Part shown: positions 26,002-32,485 of the stretch, piece after piece
How positions within the stretch are numbered: position 1 is the first letter of the stretch
How the letters are laid out: every line of letters starts with the position of its first letter
Assembly: GCA_038893995.1 (NCBI GenBank)
Contig: JAWAQK010000023.1
Coordinates: 1-32,485 of the forward strand
Direction of reading: 5' to 3'
DNA from: Candidatus Thorarchaeota archaeon
Lineage (GTDB): Archaea; Asgardarchaeota; Thorarchaeia; Thorarchaeales; Thorarchaeaceae
Length of the DNA stretch: 32,485 nt
Program-made: the position numbers and the translations under genes
The notes under the pieces: generated by a model
What the model was told of the DNA's origin: nothing
Seen by the model: only the letters and a program-made list of their open reading frames with translations
The model's database searches: none

Positions 26002-27441
26002 TCAGAGCGACCCCCTCTTGAATTCACTCCCGAATCGGATCTCGCCGTATCTTGCGAGAGCGTATGCCGCAAGTGCTGCTTTCTCACCAGTCGCGAACGT
26101 GGGCACCCCCATCATCTCCATTATCTGACCGGCTCGTGTAGTGAAGCTGCCACCCATCGCCACGACAACAAATGGGAGACCAGACTGTCTCTGATGATTC
26201 GAGATCACATTTGTTATTTCCATCCCCAGACTAGGTGTCTGCAAGAGCATACCTACCACAAATAGGTCGTATTCCCCGCTTGCGATTGCTGATTTGAACA
26301 CAGCATCGTAACGTGCTGAGTCGGTGTCACCGACCACGTCGATGGGATTGCCAAATGAACAGTACGATGGCAGCAATGATCTGAGCTCGGACTCGAGTGC
26401 GCGGGATGGAGGGGGGGTAGAGAGACCCAGCGCCTCAAGGGCATCAGTAGTCATCACACCCAGACCACCCCCATTCGTCACGATGAGTACTCTGTTCCCG
26501 CGCGCAGGAGGTTGCATGGCCAATGCCTTTGCCATGTCAAATAGCTCTTCAAAGTTGCCTGCCCTAATTACTCCAGACTGTCTGTATGCGGCATCAGCCA
26601 CAGCGTCGGAGCCGGCTAGTGACCCAGTATGAGAACTGGCCGCCGCTGCAGCTCTCCTACCGCGTCCGGACTTGACAACAAGTACAGGCTTTCGACTGGT
26701 GACAGACTTGGCAATCTCGAAGAATGATCTGCCCTTGCCCGGATCGTAACCTTCTGTGTAGAAGCAAATCACCTGTGTCGAGCGATCGTTTGCAAGATAC
26801 TCTAGCAGGTCATTGTCATTCACGTCACACTTGTTTCCAAGGCTAATGATCTTGCTTATTCCCAGCCCGAGTTCAGCTGTCCAGTCGGATATTGCTGCGG
26901 CGAAAGCTCCTGATTGTGACACGAGGGATATGTTTGCCACTGTACTAGCCCTTGGTCGTGCACAGCGAAACTCGGGCAGGAAGAAAGTATCGACGTGAGT
27001 GAGTGTGTCAATCACTCCCACACAGTTGGGGCCTATTATCCGGATTCCGTGCTTCTTGGCAATCCTCACCATTGTGTCTTCAAGCTCAGCACCCTTGGGG
27101 CCGGTTTCTGAGAATCCGCCGGATATCACGATTGCCGCTTTTGTGCCCTTTGCAGCAATGTCTTCGAACACTGTGGGCGCAAGCCTTGCAGGAACTGCAA
27201 CAACCACAAGATCGATCGGATCCGGTACATCCTGCAAACGCGGATAGCACTTGACTCCCAGTACACTGTTGTACTTGGGATTGATAGCATACACCTTACC
27301 CGTGAAATAGGGCTTTATGAAATTCTGTAGAATGGCCTGACCAACACTATCAGGCGTGGCTGATGCACCGTATATTGCTACATTCCTTGCCTGAAAGAAC
27401 ATCTCAATGTCGCTACTTGAGGAACCAGACAGCACTACCAC
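26002..27441 (-). CDS. acdA: ADP-forming acetyl/acyl-CoA synthetase alpha subunit (CoA-binding)
   Basis: VAIYGAS, ISGGFSETG, RIIGPNC.G, SQSGA, SLGNK, phospho-His SHTGSLAG, TNGGG.G, NPIDV. Confidence 0.94.
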   Translation of the reverse strand: MVVLSGSSSSDIEMFFQARNVAIYGASATPDSVGQAILQNFIKPYFTGKVYAINPKYNSVLGVKCYPRLQDVPDPIDLVVVAVPARLAPTVFEDIAAKGTKAAIVISGGFSETGPKGAELEDTMVRIAKKHGIRIIGPNCVGVIDTLTHVDTFFLPEFRCARPRASTVANISLVSQSGAFAAAISDWTAELGLGISKIISLGNKCDVNDNDLLEYLANDRSTQVICFYTEGYDPGKGRSFFEIAKSVTSRKPVLVVKSGRGRRAAAAASSHTGSLAGSDAVADAAYRQSGVIRAGNFEELFDMAKALAMQPPARGNRVLIVTNGGGLGVMTTDALEALGLSTPPPSRALESELRSLLPSYCSFGNPIDVVGDTDSARYDAVFKSAIASGEYDLFVVGMLLQTPSLGMEITNVISNHQRQSGLPFVVVAMGGSFTTRAGQIMEMMGVPTFATGEKAALAAYALARYGEIRFGSEFKRGSL

Positions 27442-27663
27442 CTCACATCAATTATCAATCAGGAATACTAGCGGACGGACTGATGACAATAGTTCTTGAA
27501 TCTGCGTATCCGTTTCAGTGATTCTGAAAAGGAGTTGAACTGGTACATCGTTTTCTGAATCACCTGTCATTCGCCATTGCCACCATGCGTTCGTCATGAA
27601 GAGCAAGACAAGACGGACACGGTTGATACTTCTAGATTGCTATGAGGAATCGTAATCCTAAAG

Positions 27664-28704
27664 ATGCATGAACGGTACGACGCGGAAGGGATTGGCTTGA
27701 CGTTCTCACCGGTCAGAGATGGGCAACGAGTGCGTGATGCTTCACTAGAGGAGCTTGAATCATGGATGAAGAGGGCACTCGATCTCCGTCTTGCCAATTT
27801 CGGGAGTACTCTGTACTGCTATAGCCCTTCATCCTACCCCTACGCAATCCAAGACCATAGACAGAACAATCCGTATGAGTTCACGTCAGTCAGCGTCACC
27901 GGAACTAGCTGTGCTCTTGGTTGCGAGCACTGTCGAGGACGATATCTCGTAGGTATGAAAGCAACAGTCACACCCGAAGAGTTGGTGAACTACGCCCAGT
28001 ATGTACGAACTCGAGGGGGAACGGGACTGCTGATCAGTGGAGGTTCAGATATTTCGGGGGGTGTTCCACTCGCAAGATTCGGTGCTGCAATCAAGCAAAT
28101 CAAGCAAACTGGGATGAAAGTGGCGGTCCACACTGGGGTGGTAGACAGGGAGACTGCAGAGATACTTGCTGATGCAGGCATTGATGCAGCCATGCTGGAT
28201 GTGATAGGAGATGATGAAACTGCTATGTCAGTATACCATCTGTCCAACGGCACTGGCAGGATACGCAGGTCTCTTCATTACCTTGATGCTCAGGCGATTC
28301 CTCTAGTTCCACACGTCTTGGTCGGTCTCGATCGGGGACTTATTGCTGGGGAGCTAAAGGCCCTCGAGATGATCTCTGAGGTCAACCCTGCTGCTATCGT
28401 AATAATAGCGCTGAGTCCGCTGAGGAACACACCAATGGAGAATGTCAAACCCCCGCATCCAACCGACATTACAAGAATCTTGACCGCTGCAAGACTGACA
28501 TTTCCACGAAAGCCGTTGCTGCTGGGCTGCGCCAGACCAACAGGACATCACAGGAGGGACCTGGATCGCCTGGCGCTCAAGAGCGGAGTCAATGGCGTTG
28601 CGTACATAAGCCAAGAGGGGGTCGAATTCGCACGTAGCATAGGGCTGAGTCCTGTATTCAGGGACGAGTGTTGTAGCTTGATACACCTTCAACTTGGTGC
28701 GTGA
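27664..28704 (+). CDS. lipS1: Radical SAM protein, LipS1-type archaeal lipoyl synthase subunit (biotin-synthase-like)
   Basis: SVTGTSCALGCEHC (CxxxCxxC), LISGG, VPHVLVGL, LGCARP and C-terminal ECC motifs; true start may lie further downstream. Confidence 0.78.
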   Translation: MHERYDAEGIGLTFSPVRDGQRVRDASLEELESWMKRALDLRLANFGSTLYCYSPSSYPYAIQDHRQNNPYEFTSVSVTGTSCALGCEHCRGRYLVGMKATVTPEELVNYAQYVRTRGGTGLLISGGSDISGGVPLARFGAAIKQIKQTGMKVAVHTGVVDRETAEILADAGIDAAMLDVIGDDETAMSVYHLSNGTGRIRRSLHYLDAQAIPLVPHVLVGLDRGLIAGELKALEMISEVNPAAIVIIALSPLRNTPMENVKPPHPTDITRILTAARLTFPRKPLLLGCARPTGHHRRDLDRLALKSGVNGVAYISQEGVEFARSIGLSPVFRDECCSLIHLQLGA

Positions 28705-29233
28705 ACCTAGTCAATAAGTGAAACAACTCGTAGCCAGTGTCGAAACACCACAGTCCAAGTGCAGTCGGAAGAATGGGGGGGATGATGAATACTGGGAGCA
28801 ACACTCCAATCTTGGCCACGAACCTATATCTGAACACGACGGAGAGGAGCCTGTTTGGCACAGACGCTGCGTGTTCGTGAAGTCGCTCATCGGCCGCCAT
28901 CAGCACGACGAGGAGCAAGACCAACAGTCCCCACCAATAGACGGGGGTCGGCAGCGGAGGGAGACCATACAACAGCAGAGTCAGTCCCAGAGTCATAAAG
29001 CCCACCAGAAACTGGGGTCGATCGACCTTGCCAGAAATGGTGACGCCAACTAAGATGGAGGACACGAGCGCCAGGTCGTACTCGGAACTCGTGCTGACCA
29101 GACCTAGGAATAGTCCGGACGCAGAAAGAGGAACACATGACAATCGGTACCTGTGCATCTCGTCGAGTAGATCGTCTCCGGACTTGAGACAGAACCCAGC
29201 CAATGTGTAGAGGAGAAGTGTCCAAACTACCAA
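28658..29233 (-). CDS. Hypothetical multi-pass membrane protein
   Basis: About 6 hydrophobic segments; polar motifs KSGDDLLDE, GKVD, ADE, FD.GYE. Confidence 0.7.
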   Translation of the reverse strand: MVVWTLLLYTLAGFCLKSGDDLLDEMHRYRLSCVPLSASGLFLGLVSTSSEYDLALVSSILVGVTISGKVDRPQFLVGFMTLGLTLLLYGLPPLPTPVYWWGLLVLLLVVLMAADERLHEHAASVPNRLLSVVFRYRFVAKIGVLLPVFIIPPILPTALGLWCFDTGYELFHLLTRFTHQVEGVSSYNTRP

Positions 29234-29380
29234 TGAGCCTCATCCTTCTGCGTCAGCATCACAGAGGGCTCCTCAGTCTAACTATGATTCGTCAAGGGTG
29301 AACTCACCATCAGCTAGCCAAATGACATCATCGGAGCCTGAGTCTAACCTCTTCGGGTCAAGATAAGGTTTGCATGGACC

Positions 29381-29665
29381 CTAGTTGATGTAAACGGGCG
29401 TTCCAATCGACTGACCCGGGAGATTGGTCCTGAACTTCGCTCGTACGACTCCCTTAGATCCGTGTGGAAATAGGATCTTGCCAATGAACTCACGGCCGTT
29501 CTCCGATATCCATTTGACTTCCTTCCCAATCAGCGCTGCCGCTTGTTCTCTCGTTTCAATACCATTGAACATTAGCAGGACTTGATTCGGGTGCTGCATG
29601 TGCTTTCCTCGTCTGTAACTAGTCACAACACCCCTTCGGCCCTTGAGGGTGTCACTTTCGGACAT
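29381..29665 (-). CDS. rpl35ae: 50S ribosomal protein L35Ae (eL33)
   Basis: GVVTSYRRG..QHPNQVLL, GKI..PHG.KGVVRAKF..NLPGQSIG. Confidence 0.96.
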   Translation of the reverse strand: MSESDTLKGRRGVVTSYRRGKHMQHPNQVLLMFNGIETREQAAALIGKEVKWISENGREFIGKILFPHGSKGVVRAKFRTNLPGQSIGTPVYIN

Positions 29666-29767
29666 ATCGACTCCTCTCTAGAAAGACTTGGAGTGTGCCT
29701 TCGTGTTAGCATTTAAGACTTGCTGAAGGAGCGCTTCTCAAAACCTGCGAGGAAACGGATGTTCCGG

Positions 29768-30340
29768 TCAACGTGGGGCGACAATATGCGGCTTCCTTTC
29801 CATGAGTACATCCCTGACTGCCCAACCCAATCTGTCTTGCCTCAGTGAGATTCTGTAGAGAATGAGCCAGGCAACTCCGTCGGCTGTGGGTCCTGCGGCA
29901 ATAAGTGTGTCAACCATCTGTCTTGCAGTGCCGACCACATCGGTTGTTCGTTCCAGTTGTTCAAGAATACTGCTTTCTCGATCACTCAGCTTTCTCACCT
30001 TGAAGGCATTCTGGGCCACACCTATTCCTGCCAGTAGCACAATCGCAAGCAGCATAGGAAGGAGCTTCACCAATTCCTCTGTCGTGCTCAAGTACAGGGA
30101 TAGCGATACTACAGAAGAGAAGATGACTGCCACGACGGCCAACCCCTCCATGATTGTGTGCCAGGTGCTATCAAGGCTCCAACCATATAGCCTTGCGAGG
30201 GGTGAGCGTGGTCGAGCATGAAGAAGCAGAGCCTGCACATACTCCTTGGAGCCCCGCCTGTCCATTACCAGCCACGCAAACTGAACCAGGAGGGCCACCC
30301 CGATCGACAGATAGAACAACTCCTCACTGTGAAGCTGCAT
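29768..30340 (-). CDS. Hypothetical membrane protein (3 TM segments + soluble C-terminal helical domain)
   Basis: Three hydrophobic stretches; perfect SD GGAGGTGA at 30345-30352 fixes the start at ATG 30340. Confidence 0.72.
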   Translation of the reverse strand: MQLHSEELFYLSIGVALLVQFAWLVMDRRGSKEYVQALLLHARPRSPLARLYGWSLDSTWHTIMEGLAVVAVIFSSVVSLSLYLSTTEELVKLLPMLLAIVLLAGIGVAQNAFKVRKLSDRESSILEQLERTTDVVGTARQMVDTLIAAGPTADGVAWLILYRISLRQDRLGWAVRDVLMERKPHIVAPR

Positions 30341-30594
30341 AGCATCACCTCCGAGAGCACCCCCTTTAAGCATGCTGGGGAGTAGTTTCGATCATCTCTC
30401 TCCAGGACGACCTTATTCGTCACAGTGTATGAGAGAGTTCGGATAGCCTCAAGCGTTGGCGAATGTCAACACAATGCGGAGTACTTGCTACCCAGAGCGC
30501 GGGCAGAATCACAAACTCCCGGTAGTGATGCTCGCCCGCGCCAGTGTTTCTGTCAGACAACCTTTATTTCGCTCACCGACCTTCTGTGCCAGCG

Positions 30595-31596
30595 ATGGCT
30601 TTGCAGCGTGTTGATCACATCGACCCAGCTACTGTGTCTACCGTCGAATCTCTTGTCGAATCTATGAGGGCGGTCGGTGTACTCGGGGCGGGACGTGTTG
30701 GTCGAGCCTCATCGATAGTTGCAAGGATGTTCGAGGATCCAGACTGTCTGACATACATGTCACTGTCAGGTCCGATGGTCGCTGGAGGACTACGAAAGAT
30801 ACTGGCGGCGCTCATTCGAAAAGGGTTCATCGATATCTTGGTGACCAGCGGAGCCAACGTAGTACACGATCTCATCGAAGCATATGGGGGAACGCACTTC
30901 AGGGCCCCACTGGTGACTGATGATGTCGCACTGAGGGAGAGCGGGACCGGGAGGATTGGAGACATACTGGTGAGACAGGAGGAGTTCGAGATCCTGGAGA
31001 AGCGTATCTACGAGTTCCTCGATTCGCTGACAAGAGATCAGAGGACATCGTTGGCACCTAGCGAATTCCTCACGCTCTTAGGGGCCAGCCTCGATGACGA
31101 TGATTCCATACTCAGACAGGCCAGTCTGAGGGGGGTCCCAGTTATCTCACCGGGCCTAATGGATTCGATGCTGGGTTTTCACATCTACACCTACAGCACA
31201 TGCAATGCATGTTCTCTCGACTTCGTAAAGGACCTGAGAATAGTTGCAGGGAGGGTTTCGAGCGCAAAGAGAACCGGGGCGATAATGCTTGGAGGGGGGC
31301 TCAGTAAGCACTTCACGATGGGTAGTACAATTCTGAGAGGGGGTCTGGATCTTGCGGTCCAGATAACAACGGATCGGCCGGAGGCAGGAAGCCTGAGCGG
31401 CGCACCACTTGCGGAGGGAGTTTCCTGGCAGAAGGTTCAGGTGCAAGCAGACTTTGAAACTGTGATCGGCGACGCAACAATCCTGTTCCCGCTCATCATA
31501 CTGGGCATCCCCAGTGTCCAAAGAACTCTACGTGGCCATACTGGGACGGACAACCCCACACAGTCACGACAACTCGATATGGTTTCCCCAGAGTAG
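30595..31596 (+). CDS. dys: Deoxyhypusine synthase
   Basis: SGPMVAGGLR, VTSGANVVHD, RIGD, LGGG..KH, GSLSGA...E.VSW.K (active-site Lys), DATI.FP. Confidence 0.93.
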   Translation: MALQRVDHIDPATVSTVESLVESMRAVGVLGAGRVGRASSIVARMFEDPDCLTYMSLSGPMVAGGLRKILAALIRKGFIDILVTSGANVVHDLIEAYGGTHFRAPLVTDDVALRESGTGRIGDILVRQEEFEILEKRIYEFLDSLTRDQRTSLAPSEFLTLLGASLDDDDSILRQASLRGVPVISPGLMDSMLGFHIYTYSTCNACSLDFVKDLRIVAGRVSSAKRTGAIMLGGGLSKHFTMGSTILRGGLDLAVQITTDRPEAGSLSGAPLAEGVSWQKVQVQADFETVIGDATILFPLIILGIPSVQRTLRGHTGTDNPTQSRQLDMVSPE

Positions 31597-31682
31597 GGTC
31601 ACTAGAACAGAGCATACGCCGCAACCCTTTTATTATGACCACACGGGGTCACATCGAGTAAAGAGAACAGCTGGTGATCTTG

Positions 31683-32225
31683 ATGGGAAAGAGGCCTGGT
31701 CACTGTTACAGAGAGGCAGACCGACAGTACTATTGTAGGAAGCGCTACATCCATAGGCAGCCAGCAAGCAGGATTGTCAGCTTCGACATGGGACAGACTA
31801 ACGGCGATTTTGAGGTCGAGATGTCGCTCGTCGGTCTCGAGCGATGCCAGATCAGAAGCCAGGCACTCGAGGCAGCCCGAGTCACCGCGAACAGGCTCCT
31901 CAGCAAGAAAATTCAGAAGAAGGGGTACCATCTTAGGATCAGGGTGAAACCGTATCACTATCTCCGCGAGAATAAGATGATATCAGGTGCGGGGGCGGAC
32001 CGTGTTCAGGACGGCATGCGTAGAGCATTTGGAAAGGTCATTGGATGTGCGGCACGAGTCGAGCCAGGTCAGGAACTTATCACAGTCAGGGTTGGTAGAG
32101 AGGATGTGAAGGCGGCTAGAGAGTCTCTCGAGAAAGCCGCGCACAAGCTGCCAACACCCTGCAAGATAGTCTTCGATAGGATAGACCCAGACCTGAAACG
32201 CAAGATGGGTTATGGGGCGGAATAG
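31683..32225 (+). CDS. rpl10e: 50S ribosomal protein L10e/uL16
   Basis: MGKRPGHCYR, ALEAARV, LRENKM.SGAGADRVQDGMRRAFGK, KLP. Confidence 0.97.
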   Translation: MGKRPGHCYREADRQYYCRKRYIHRQPASRIVSFDMGQTNGDFEVEMSLVGLERCQIRSQALEAARVTANRLLSKKIQKKGYHLRIRVKPYHYLRENKMISGAGADRVQDGMRRAFGKVIGCAARVEPGQELITVRVGREDVKAARESLEKAAHKLPTPCKIVFDRIDPDLKRKMGYGAE

Positions 32226-32407
32226 ACCTGTCCCTGGTCTGCCAAGATCTGGTGACGTAGGCGACACAGTCCCCTAATCACTCTTTCATTCACGGACGAG
32301 AGAGACAGCCCCGAAAGCATGCGTTCTGAGGATTCGGAACGCCAAAGCACTATGTTGCCTCAGCGGGTCAGGCATTCTCCACCAGTCGATGCTTTATAGT
32401 CCGAAGC

Positions 32408-32485
32408 TGGTGGGCCCGAGGGGACTTGAACCCCTGGCCGATCCCCAGTCTGAATGCTAAGAGAGAATACTCAGACCTACAGGTT
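32408..32485 (-). tRNA. 3' part of an intron-containing tRNA gene (probably tRNA-Ile; anticodon lies outside the window)
   Basis: Minus strand reads AA-CCTGT-[38-nt insert]-CGGCC-AGGGG-TTCAAGT-CCCCT-CGGGCCC-A-CCA: perfect T arm, acceptor 3' strand and encoded CCA. Identity inferred only from the GGGCCCG acceptor, discriminator A and AA at 37-38. Confidence 0.88.

Noticed and set aside
27480-27527. Possible C/D box sRNA (TGATGA...CTGA)
   Set aside because: No convincing internal C'/D' pair and no identifiable guide target; the boxes are short enough to occur by chance
32436-32478. Long variable arm of a class II tRNA (Leu/Ser/Sec)
   Set aside because: 43 nt is far longer than variable arms; BHB-like geometry restores a standard 5-nt loop
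1-32485. CRISPR arrays, transposases, integrases, prophage or defence genes
   Set aside because: No repeat-spacer pattern or mobile-element motifs seen; the sequence downstream of the tRNA 3' end is core (rpl10e), so there is no integrated island

Overview
Gene-dense core-genome segment of an archaeon, most likely Asgard (Thorarchaeota-like). This is inferred from four Roadblock/LC7 genes, an MglA-type small GTPase, a Sec23/24-like Zn-finger-vWA gene and a PCI-like winged-helix protein alongside archaeal housekeeping genes. About 35 CDS: Nog1 GTPase, a Thr1-less proteasome beta subunit, a B12/radical SAM enzyme, taw1, translin, CTP-dependent riboflavin kinase, pcm, DUF371, trm5, a nucleotidyltransferase-fold protein, a GT4, peroxiredoxin, hypA/hypE, rps8e, a translationally coupled smc-scpA-scpB operon, the Roadblock/Sec23-like/GTPase cluster, uppS, an unknown protein with four tandem AAA-lid-like repeats, ADP-forming acyl-CoA synthetase alpha/beta, LipS1-type lipoyl synthase, rpl35ae, deoxyhypusine synthase and rpl10e. 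At the right edge is the 3' part of a tRNA carrying a 38-nt insertion at a non-canonical position. No mobile element or CRISPR array was seen. The most interesting items are the GTPase/Roadblock/Sec23-like module (18.8-23.1 kb), the 4x lid-repeat protein and the tRNA intron. All family calls come from motif recognition by eye, not from database searches.
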